This document shows positions 42,911 through 54,400 of a stretch of 64,000 nt of DNA, in pieces. Made by a program: the position numbers and the translations under genes. This DNA is from Octopus vulgaris. Lineage: Eukaryota. The stretch is taken from NCBI GenBank assembly GCA_951406725.2, contig OX597815.1, positions 94,736,001-94,800,000 of the forward strand. The letters are read 5' to 3'. How positions within the stretch are numbered: the stretch's first letter is position 1; every line of letters starts with the position of its first letter. The notes below the pieces were generated by a model. That model saw only the letters and a list, made by a program, of their open reading frames with translations, had not been told where the DNA came from and searched no databases.

Positions 42911-43959
42911 GTGGGCAATTGTGGAGTGAATTTTAAGGCTAAAATACCCGTCAAATGTAAATAATGTAAATAATGTACATAATTCCACACCTCTTAAATA
43001 TAGAACTGTAGTAAATTCAATGACAGTTGCGATAATGTGAGCATTACAACAATAAAAAGCTACTATAGGTTTCTAAGTTGCTACATGGGTTTAGTAGTTT
43101 CTCACAAACTTATAAGTTTTTGAAGTAATCAACGATTATAGGACATCCCTGGCTTGCATATATGATAGATAGATAGATGGATAGCTAGCTAGATAGATAA
43201 ATATATACATACATACATAGATTCATACATACATAAATACATACATACATGCACACATAAATACATACATACATACATGCTGACAATATGAATGCCTTCT
43301 CAGCTCTCTTAGCAAAATGCCAAGGCTACATGTTTGGATATGCAGAAAAGAATGAAATTAAAATCACTTGCACATTTTTTTGTTGACAACCTAAATTTAT
43401 ATTCTGAATGTGGATCATACAAAAGAATCGTAAATAGGTACAGACCGAAAGACTGTAAAATCAACTCATTGTTTTACTTCATGTATTGTATCAAATTCGA
43501 CGCTCCCTGGGCTTGATTTCATACTATAAAGAGCCAGACAAATACTGCAAAAGATTTCTCCGACTCTGTACTGATTCTGCTTTCCACCGTACTGTTTACT
43601 GTTTATATGAATACTAAGTATTTGTCATGAAGTATGTTTTCAATACTATATTGCGTATAGTGATATCTAATCTATAGTTCATTAATAAATATGTCATTTA
43701 CATATCTACCATAATAAAAGGACTTGTGCAATATTTGCTCCTTTTTGGAAACCAGATTATAAGATTTTGAAAACAAGTTATCCCTAGTCTGAACCACGCT
43801 GGTATTGTATGTCAATGGCTTCTTCCATTTCATTTGAACCTATATATCAGCGAAGAGAGACACACCCACAAACATACACGCACACATATACATATGTAAT
43901 TTGTATATGTATATGTGTATATGTATATGTATATATATATATATACATTTACATATGAG

Positions 43960-44403
43960 GCAGAAGGATATGTAGTCTTTGTAACTCTGAGCTTTTCCAC
44001 ATATTGTTCGCCAGAGGCCGTTTGGTAAACGGGCTTTTACAGACTGCTTTTGGATGTCCCCATTGGCGGCGTCATACGTTTCTTACATATAAATGATACC
44101 TAAGACAATTAACACCTTGATACCCTATTAAAATGAAAATAATTTTTGGAAAAAATTTAAAAAAAAATCTCTGAATATCTCTTGCAAGGGGAAATTACTC
44201 CCCTTAGGCGATTGGTCGGTTTTTTAGAAGCAAACGCTGGAATTATATACCCTCCTGATTCTTTGACGAGGATAATTATAGACAAGCAGGCCACAGACGG
44301 ACACACGAACACAGAATTATTTCAGCCGCCTGACAGGCTTTTTTCAGCAGTGCTCATTATCTAGCGCCCCTCGCCAACATACGGCGGCGCACACATAGGC
44401 TAG
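43960..44403 (+). mobile_element. Possible degenerate Helitron-type element (3' end only)
   Basis: A GC hairpin GCGC..CGCC-AACATAC-GGCG-GCGC is followed 9 nt later by CTAG|T, with ACAGACGGACACACG upstream. The 5' boundary is uncertain. Confidence 0.45.
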
Positions 44404-44687
44404 TATACACACACATGCTTTTAGGTAGGTATTGTCTCGCACCTAAAAAATACACCCTGAATTCTTAACTTTGGTCACACAGAACATCTCCACAGCCCTT
44501 GTTCTCTTTAATTCCTCACCTACTAGATTTGACCGCGGCCTGACCTGGATTTATTCCAACGAACCTTTTGTCGGCCCCCACCAACATTGATAAACATTTT
44601 ACCCATGGGCTCTTAAGGAGCGTCCTCGTTCGAATTGCTTTGCTGCGCCTTTGTTTTGTTTTGTTCTGACAACGTAATTCCTGGTTT

Positions 44688-44767
44688 TTCCTGAAGAGAA
44701 AGCTGCAATATGGTATCCTTATTTAATCAGAATTTGGAAAATTGTGGCCTTTGAAACATGTGTAGAA
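44688..44767 (+). ncRNA. Type I hammerhead-like motif with long stem II (decaying)
   Basis: UUC-CUGAAGA-GAAAGCUGCAAU...AUUGUGGCCUUU-GAAAC-AUGU-GUA-GAA, about 60 nt upstream of (TA)n. Confidence 0.65.
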
Positions 44768-44823
44768 TGTAATAAAAGGAATTCTGTACAATCTTCGTTC
44801 AACTCCATTTCTTCCATTCACTA

Positions 44824-44879
<56 letters not shown>

Positions 44880-44904
44880 AAAAAGCAACAAGAATGGATC
44901 AATA

Positions 44905-44993
44905 TTTCGGTACAATTGTTTCGTACGAAGACAGCTTTATTAAGGCTGCAAATATTGCAGTAAATATAAGTGACCCGTACTCATCAGCCGAAA
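44905..44993 (-). ncRNA. Type I hammerhead ribozyme (left arm)
   Basis: UUUCGG-CUGAUGA-GUACG...CGUAC-GAAAC-AAUU-GUA-CCGAAA on the minus strand. Confidence 0.87.
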
Positions 44994-45694
44994 AAACATC
45001 TGAGTTCTCCAAACATCTAAGGGGGTGATGTTACACCACTGAAACATTGGGGATAGTTCTATAAAAATAAGATTTAGGTAACAAATGGACTTCTGAAAGT
45101 TCTTTTAGTGTTGCACAGTCATATAACGGGTTTTAAAAAAGTATTTTAAAAAACCTCTTAGTTTTCCAGAAAATGAAAATGAAATTGAAAATATAAATCC
45201 ATCCATATTGAAGAAAGTTTGAATTCTGGAGATATGAGGATAGGTATCATACTCACAGAATATGCATTTATCCATAATTAGTCCATAATAAAGTGTGTTT
45301 CCTGATGTGTGATGATATATTGGTTACCTTTCTGAAAGGTAACCAATATATCATCAGAAAGGTAACCAATATATCATCACACATCAGGAAACACACTTTA
45401 TTATGGACTAATTATGGATAAATGCATATTCTGTGAGTATGATACCTCTCCTCATATCTCCAGAATTCAAACTTTCTTCAATATGGATGGATTTACATTT
45501 TCAACTTCATTTTCATTTTCTGGAAAACTAAGAGGCTTTTTAAAATACTTTTTAAAACCCGTTATATGACTGTGCAACACTAAAAGAACTTTCAGAAGTC
45601 CATTTGCTACCTAAATCTTATTTTTATAGAACTATCCCCAATGTTTCAGGAGTGTAACATCACCCCCTTAGATGTTTGGAGAACTCAGATGTTT

Positions 45695-45782
45695 TTTCGG
45701 CTGATGAGTACGGGTCACTTATATTTACTGCAATATTTGCAGCCTTAATGAGGTCAGTTCGTACGAAACAATTGTACCGAAA
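45695..45782 (+). ncRNA. Type I hammerhead ribozyme (right arm)
   Basis: UUUCGG-CUGAUGA-GUACG...CGUAC-GAAAC-AAUU-GUA-CCGAAA; predicted cleavage after 45776. Confidence 0.88.
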
Positions 45783-45923
45783 TATTGATCCATTCTTGTT
45801 GCTTTTTTCTTATTTATAATCACCCCGCATTATCTTATGGTTAACACCATATAGATTTCTGGTGCATCTAAGTTAAGTACCGCATTCATGTGAATTCAAC
45901 AGAACTCACTTGAATCTTAATTG

Positions 45924-45980
<57 letters not shown>

Positions 45981-46067
45981 TAAATACATACACTCGTACA
46001 TGTATACACACACACACATATTTTCTGTCTACCAACTCATACACTGTGCATGTATGTGCGCTTGCAA

Positions 46068-46126
<59 letters not shown>

Positions 46127-47527
46127 CAGGAATTCTTGTATGGAGGAAAATAATGTATAAATGAGTGTATGAATATATATATATATATATTCGACATAAT
46201 ATTCTAGAGATCAATCTGGTAAAGTGAGGATGGTGGATTTGCAGAATCATTACAGTGACAAAGAAAATAACTTGCAGTGTATTTTCACGAACTTCAAGTT
46301 CTCAAATCTGATCTCACCGAAGTCAGTTGTACTTTTTACCTTAAATATAATAAATGTGTCATGCTAGTAAAATGAATTATACCATACCCTGCCAATCTCT
46401 CCCAAAATGCAAGAGGCTGCTTTAGCGCTGTAGATTAGAGCTAAAATTCCCCATCAAAAGTGCTGCATCACCGATTCATGTACACTTTTATTACATTAAA
46501 GTAATAACTTATAATAGCTATAATACTCAACACACGTATATCCTATCATTCATTCACACAATGATCCCCGCTAAAAATAAGATAATTTTAAAGAAAAACA
46601 AACTAATGTCTTTTAAACTGAATTAGGAAATGTGTAAACAACGATGATAGTAACTCATTCAGTCATATATGTTTTTCCTTATTAACAGTAACTATATATA
46701 GATAGTACACTCACACACACATATACACACGCAAACACACACACATATATACATTCATTAATTCAATTTGTGACTTTAAACATCAAATTATGTTTTACCT
46801 GTCACAATATATTATCATTGTAAAGCCATAATATTATAAACGAAAGAAAAGGAAAGGCACAAACTATCCTGCCCAAACTTCAAATGAAATAAAAGTAATT
46901 TGAATTTATTAGAAAATAGAAAATAATTTATATGCTGTAATTCAATTGGAGTAACAAAGCGAAACATTTTTTCCATGCTGAATACAATTATTTATGTTTT
47001 GTGGCGATTGTTTGTAACGTTTTATAGACACATGACTAGGTTTTTATAGGGATTCTTTAAAACTTATTTAAATTTCAATTATACATAAACGTATAACGTA
47101 GCCGAGGACGCGCAAATGATTATCTTTATGGTAAAAACTTCATTTAAAAAAAAATCGATTTTTCGTTTACATTTAAAACTTTGCTGTATATATTTAATGT
47201 CAAAATAATTTAAGTTTTCCAACAGCACAAGCCTTCTGTAGCCTCCTGAAGATGATTTGTAGCCAGTTGTAATATACGCTTCCAAGATGAATAAGAATTT
47301 TGTGTAAAACAATGTGTTCAAAATCGTATTCTCAAAACATCAAAAACCATCTAAATGTCCCTCGATATAATGTATGTTCTCTTCTGTTAATAATTATTTA
47401 AATTTTTCCTCTGAGGAATGAGCTGGTTTTTAACAAATATAGAAAGCTTCATCGTTGGAATGTAGATAACAAAAACAAAGTTATGTTTTAAACTTGAGAA
47501 GAATCTTGCATATTTTCACTCTTCCAC

Positions 47528-47930
47528 TTACAGATTGATTTTGCAATGTGCGAGTTGGTTTATTTCTTTTTCTGAAAACCCTAGCTGATCCACATTGTCA
47601 GTTGGGCATTTACTTACAAAACCGAGTGCACCAGTTATTATTGCTATAAATGTGAATTTATAATCTGAAAATAGAGGCTGGCGGTTTCGATGTAAGTATT
47701 CATTGTTGCTCTCTTTCTCCCTGAGTTTCAAAGAGATATTCACATCGGCAGGACAGCTAGTTTCTATTATGATACATAATTTTTCTTGTCTGTCCCAGAC
47801 AACAGTATCCGACCTGTTTTACTCATACTTGACAGATGTTTTAATGAGAATGTTCCATCAGGACAATCTTTTTTCGAGATGTTACCGTATATTGTTTTTG
47901 TCACTCTATAGTGTTTTTGTCGTGTCGCAT
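47528..47930 (-). mobile_element. Degenerate R4/Dong LINE endonuclease fragment
   Basis: NRSDTVVWDRQEKLC, ETSCPADVNISLK and IAIITGALG. Confidence 0.7.
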
Positions 47931-47956
47931 AGGTAGATGGTATGCATAAATGGATA

Positions 47957-48195
47957 CGTACATACATACATACATACATACATACATACATACATACATA
48001 CATACATACATACATGCATACATACATATGTATATATGTTTATATAGACACACACATATACATATGTGACTCTAGATATACACGTACAAATATGCGTGCA
48101 CATACATAAATGGTCATATACACACACACATATGTGTATATACATGTGCATACACACACATCCACACACACACATATATATGTATACATATGTAC
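47957..48195. repeat. (TACA)n and CA/TA low-complexity repeat
   Basis: Seen directly. Confidence 0.93.
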
Positions 48196-50329
48196 ATAGG
48201 CGTATATTGGCTACTCTATTCGCATCGCTTATATCTTTCCGGTGTAGACCCGGGATCAAAAGTAGCTAAGGGGTGATTTCACATTCCTCATCATCCTGGC
48301 TTTCGAACTAGGGCCTAACTATCGGATACAGTTTAAAGAAGCACAACAATAAACTCTTCGAAGTTGATATGGAGCGAAAAAACTAGGACGAAATTGGTGA
48401 TATGCTGGGCCTTAACGTATTACAAAAACCGATGAATAAATTTTCCTTGAAACAAGGAGGTTATATCGAAATTGCTTTTATTGAAAAATAGGAAACGTCA
48501 ATCAACTGATAGATGATTCTCTTACAACTTCAACTACAACTTTAAATAATTTGGAATCAAAGTAACATATGAATAGTATATATGTTAGTAACATTTCGAA
48601 ATGTAAATCTAGACATGTCCGATAATAAACTTATTCTATATGGAAAACTAAAAATCTGTTGTTTTTTTTACATACGTAAACGATCGAATCACCCTAAAAA
48701 AAAACTTAGAAATATTTTCCTTAAAATAGCACCACTATTCTTTGATGAAACAAATGACGTTCTATCATGATGAAGAATTCTCAAGGATTGTTATAACGAG
48801 AAAATTAATTACATAGGAAATGCATCCATCCAATTCGCCGATCAAAAAGTAACTGAAAACAGTCAGTCACTTGCTATAATGCATCTTTGAATCTTTACGA
48901 ATAACTAAAATGTTTTTTAAACACTTTGATAAATACTTTTCCAAACATCACAAATTATTTTAATTACATTGCATGACACTAATTATATTTTTAGTAAACA
49001 CTACTTTAGTTGATATTAATTAATTTTAGGGTTCTCTTTAAGAATATAAAATCCATTTTTCTCCATCCTGTTTACATTTTCATCTATAAAATATCCCACA
49101 TACAATAGATTTATGGAAAAAGTGTTTAATCTTGTAAACATTGTATGTCATTTATTGAAGTACTAAACTATAATTAATTACTGCTAAAGTAACATGAAAG
49201 TTACCACAGAAAAGTTACAACTTTGACTTTACTGCCAAGAATAGTAGCAAGGAGATCAAGAAGAGTGAAGCCAGCAAAAGTCTGCCATCACGCAGGGAGT
49301 GATCTGCCCTTGGTACATTGTTCCAATAATAGTGACTGCTTAATGAAATCTTACACCATGCTCATCACTGACCTGGACCAAATTCAAACGGAAGAAGTCC
49401 AAGAGATTGGTAGAATACTAAGCTGAATTTAGTAGTTCGTGTGGAAAATAACTGGAATGGAGTACCCATATTTTGAGATGTGACTCTTGAAAATCAAGTA
49501 CATATTTTTAGAGAAAATAAACTCACAGAGTAAGAAAGCTTAAATAGCATATATTGTAAAAACTTGATCTATAGTAGTCCTAGGAATGAAATTCATCGTA
49601 GTAATGGGTTTTGAGCATAGTTCCCATCTGCATAACAAGCTTGGTTATATCAATCAACATAAAGGCTTTATATATGGTTATAATTATATAAGGATACAGG
49701 CATAAAGGCATTATATAAGGATATAGTTATATATGGATATAATTGTAGACTTCTGGAGAATTGTCCGTTTGATGAAAATTGCTTTCGTAATAAATTCTTG
49801 ATAAATGTACAGTAAATACTCATAATAGGAGTAAGCCTTATATAGAGTTTGCAGCACTCTTTTAAATAAATGCTTTAATATGCACCGTTACACATTTTTA
49901 ACCCATAAGTTTATGAAGATAAAAGGAGGTATAAATTCAGGCAAGTTATTCCAAAATGTCTGACAGGATTGCCCTTTATGTATGTCAGCAGAGCATGATA
50001 TTCTAATGGCTGATGTGAATGAAGTATGATATATGATAAAATCTGTAAGCACTTGCTGTTCCATTTCATATACAGCTTGAGTAAATTCTTCCCACAGAAA
50101 ATCTAAAATTTCACCCAGTTTATATATATACTTTAGTTGTATATATATACTAATACCCTGTTTCCTCTTTCACCTCGCCTACTATGCTGAACAATATTTA
50201 ATATTATTTTATTGTTTCCTATTATTGACTCTTCTGCCTTTTGCTCTCTCTGTTAATTTGCACCACCATTATGCCTGATATTACCTATATTGCTAACATG
50301 TTGGATATTTCCTATATTGCTAATAATAT

Positions 50330-51400
50330 TACGAATTATTGTATTATTTACATATTTTCCGTATGTAATATGAGTATATTACATATTTACAAAGTATGTT
50401 TCTCTCTAAAAGTCCTTCTAATTTTACATTCTTTGTCTACTTTAAAAAAAGGAATTATTTTAAAAGTTTCAGAAGTGCAGTTATGCAAATATTCACTTAA
50501 TGGAATTGTGGTTATCATGTTATATCTGTCTATCCACACCTTCTTAGTCAATGCCTTTCTGATTTGTCCAATATTAATATTTCTGCAATTGTTGCATTCA
50601 ATGGTATATAACAGCTTTGGTATATATACATTCGATGGTATATAACAGTATATAAAAGGCGGCGAGCTGGCAAAACCGTTAGCACGCCGGGCGAAATGTG
50701 TAGCCGTATTTCGTCTGCCGTTACGTTCTGAGGTCGACTTTCCGAAGTCGACTTTGCCTTTCATCCTTTCGGGGTCGATTAAATAAGTACCAGTTACGCA
50801 CTGGGGTCGATATAATCGACTTAATCCATTTGTCTGTCCTTTTTTATCCTCTCTGTGTTTAGCCCCTTGTGGGTAGTAAAGAAATAGGTATATAACAGCT
50901 TTGCTTTCAGAAAACCTACATATAGTAGTTCCAAATTTTATCTTTCGTTCGTTCCAGTATGAATATATTCACAAGTATAACATCAACTATCTTTAGATAT
51001 ATTTATTTAAAACCTTTTACCGCTCTTATCCTGGTCAGGTTTTGTGCGAGTTAATAAGTGCTTTACTTCTCGCAGTTTTTTGCTTTGAATTACAATTTCT
51101 TTATTGATCAGTTGATATAATTGCGGATTACACGCGAGGATTCGCAGATTTTCTCTTGCTACGTTAAAAATGCTTTCTTTGGATGGGTTATAGATTGTAG
51201 CAATCTATAGATTTGGATGGGTTATAAATTTTTGAAGGCTTACCTTGTTTTTTACAGCGATGTTGTTTCGGTATCTGTTTTTTTTTTTTCGATTTCATAA
51301 TTTATTAGCGGAAGCAGATATTTCTGTGCGATTAAGAACTCTTCTACCTCTTCTACCTCTTTCTATACTGGTCGGGTAGCTTGAATTGAAGTTTAAATAT
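50330..51400 (-). mobile_element. Degenerate Penelope-like fragment (thumb/linker/GIY-YIG), interrupted by a SINE
   Basis: IATIYNPS, then LLYTIECNNCRNINIGQ...LSEYLHNC...FKIIPFFK...RTFREKH. Confidence 0.65.
50658..50886 (+). mobile_element. tRNA-derived Nin/Deu-like SINE
   Basis: Close match to 41218-41450. GGTATATAACAG occurs on both sides (50637-50648 and 50887-50898), a possible target-site duplication. Confidence 0.9.
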
Positions 51401-54400
51401 TGATGTATATTGATGTTTTTCTAAAGGAAAATACCAAAATGTAAGATATATTATTTCCGTTTTTAATTATTAAACTATCAGAAATTCAAATTCATGAGTA
51501 TTTGCCACTTTTCTTAACTTAACAGCCTGTAATTCAAAATCCCAGAAAATAAACGACCACCAAAAATATGACTACACATACACAGTCAGAAAAGGTCTAG
51601 AGTTTTACAACAATAAAACATCACATGAAAGCATTTCACCTGATAGCAAGCTCCATATTAGCAGTAAAATAGATAATCAAGATATAAAAAATCGACTGTA
51701 TTAGCGCTTACTTTGGAGGGCATCTGTATACAATCCCAGATTAAGCAATTATAACCCAATATTTGTGTACAGAGAGATAGAAACACATAAACAAAGGGTA
51801 AGTAAACACCTTTGTGTAGAATGTGGAATTAACATTAAATAGTCAGCATTCAAAACTATTATCAAGTCCCTATTGGTCTTTCAAGCATAATGGAATAAAC
51901 AAATCACAGTAGATGCAATTTGTTGACAGGACACTATTAAAAACCGAAAGTTAAGTTACATTACAATGATAGAATGTTATTGAACGAAAAAGAGATCATG
52001 TACAATAGAACACAGAAGCTGCATTGTGCAGACTACTAAAAACGAATTGTCTTCTAAATGTTAATGTGTATTGAAATTAGACAACATTACAAGCTGCAGT
52101 GTTTTAAATGAAGATCTAAACGTCAATTGCTAGGGCCAACAATGCAAAGGAAAGCGAATGTAATCTATAACGTCTTTGTTGACGCTGTTTAAGAATCTGC
52201 GCTGGAAATATCTGTGTTGTTGAAAATCCCCCAGCTGGTTTTCATAACAGAATTTTTAGCTAATAAAAAGATAGATTATAACTAAAGGATATGCTCGTAA
52301 TTGATAGTTGAACCTGAGAAAACTGCTTTCTGACTAAAAAAAACAAAACATTTGCATCATGAGTCTAATTATCTCCGGTTTCACATGATGAATGTTATGA
52401 ACAAAGATTTGATGAAAATATGACATAAAATGTTGCAGTGAATAACGATAAGGTGAAGAAATAATTTACACCATGCTCTTACAAACATAGTAGTGAAATC
52501 TTTAATCACACAGCCATGTAATATCCCAAGATGCATGCTAAGTGAATGCTAAGTATTAGTCCTGGAGTCAACATTTGTATAAGTGACTAGTGTTGCGGTA
52601 ATTCCTCCTATGCATATTAAAATCCGAATTGCAGAGAAATAATGATATCAGTAGGGTCCATCGATATAATTGATATAATTAAGATCAGTTCATGTAGCAT
52701 GTGAATACGGTATTGTATCTTTCAGACAGAAACACCGAAACAACAGACGCAAACGCAAATAGATCGACGTAGTTCTCAAAAGTGTGATCAGTACCTTAGG
52801 AATCGGGGTGAGTTCAAGAAACATCATGTTTAAGAATCTGCGACTCCATAAATGAGTTGGGTAAATATATCCGAGCAAAAGATAGAAACAATAGCAACTA
52901 GGAGAAAATTAGTTTGCATATCATTAAAAAGTTGCACAATGGTACATTTTGCTAGAACTTCAGTATGATGTCAATTTCGACAGAAAGAATAGGTTTCGTG
53001 AATAAGTGACATACATTTCGCCAAATATAGAAGTTTATGCATTTACAATCCATAAGAGAGATACACTAAATATGTTCTGAAAATAAGAGGTACTGAATCA
53101 TTTGAAAAGCAAATCTCATCAGAAATGTTGATTATATCAAATATCTGTGGTGGACATTGCACATGTAATAATTAATTATCCCGACATATCGTCACCGTAA
53201 TATCTTATATGGAATGACGTTCATTTTACACGAGTAACTTTGCTATAAAACTTTACACTAAATGCAGATATACGACTTCGTATAATTGTATTCATTGAAA
53301 ATCTACGTAGAGGTTGGCATGATTTCCATTAACTTTATAATGACTTCCAATGAAGTTATCAAAAAGAATGACTTCATTGGAAGTCATTCTTTACAATGTG
53401 GCAAGTAACCAGTAAGAAAATACGCCTCACGCAAAAATTTAGCTTGTTGGGAGTTTAAAAATGAAAATAAGCATCTAATGAGAAGCTAACCCCAAAACAT
53501 AAAACCAGATGAAGAGACTAAAGAGAGTTCCAGGAAATAAATTTTTGTGGGAATAAACTATTATTGCAAACATTTTCTTACCTGAAGGGGCAATGGCAGT
53601 GAAATAATATGAATGGGTTGAAATTTGACTCACCCAAATAGTAACATCAATAAAGGAACAAGAAGAGAGCTCGGCAGAACAACAGGTATCTACGTATTTA
53701 AATAATATAGCAATGCTACGAGGATGAAAGGGAGTTTGACATTTACTGACGTAACTAGAGCGAAATGTTAGAAGCCCATTGTTGTGATAGCTATATTCAA
53801 TACAAGGGTAAATAAACTACTTACAATTTATAAAGAATGCATTTATAAGGAAATGCACATGCCTTCTAAACTCGTTCTTCCTTTTTTAACACATTTTATT
53901 CCATTAGAAAGTTAAAATGTTTAGATATCGTGGTACTATATGTCAAATATCGTGATTATATATATTCTCTTCTTTCATTTGTAAACCCTATGACAATCGG
54001 TACAGACATATTCGTACGGGCGTAATATTGGCAATACTTCAAATTTTTCAGTTCTTGAGTGTTTTTATGTCTCGTCAGATAAATTCAGAACTAAGAGAAG
54101 GCAAATTTTGTTGTTAACAAGTGTATTTTCCCTGTAGATACAACAGACTAACAATATATTTTTTATGACTCCAGATAATGTTTTCAGATTAATTTCGGAT
54201 TACATGGATTACACTGTCTGCTGGTTTACGCTGGATATTATTCTGTATACAGAAACACAATCACATGCTCAATTTATTTAACTTGAAATTAGGTGCACTC
54301 TTTTACAGAGTATATTATTTGTAATATCTTTACTACTGGTTTCAGTAGTTTTTGTTCTTTCATCAGTGTTTTGTCTCGAGATCAGTAGTAGTTGAACAGC

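Larger units (their letters stand above)
42631..43010 (-). mobile_element. Non-autonomous element: tRNA-like head + (TAA)n + hammerhead ribozyme, with inverted termini
   Basis: 37-bp inverted repeats at 42645-42681 and 42942-42978, tRNA-like segment at 42838-42910, hammerhead at 42703-42748. Confidence 0.85.
44876..45924 (+). mobile_element. Non-coding foldback element (~460-bp arms) plus a ~110-bp unpaired tail, within (TA)n; Penelope pLTR-like
   Basis: 44876-45335 is the near-perfect reverse complement of 45354-45812; (TA)n lies at 44827-44876 and 45925-45975. Confidence 0.9.
42213..47105 (+). repeat. Diverged ~350-bp direct repeat pair (42213-42565 and 46760-47105)
   Basis: AATTC.ATTTGTGA.TTTAAACA..AAATTATGTTTTAC.TGTCACAATATATTATCATTG.AAAG occurs in both. 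Confidence 0.8.
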
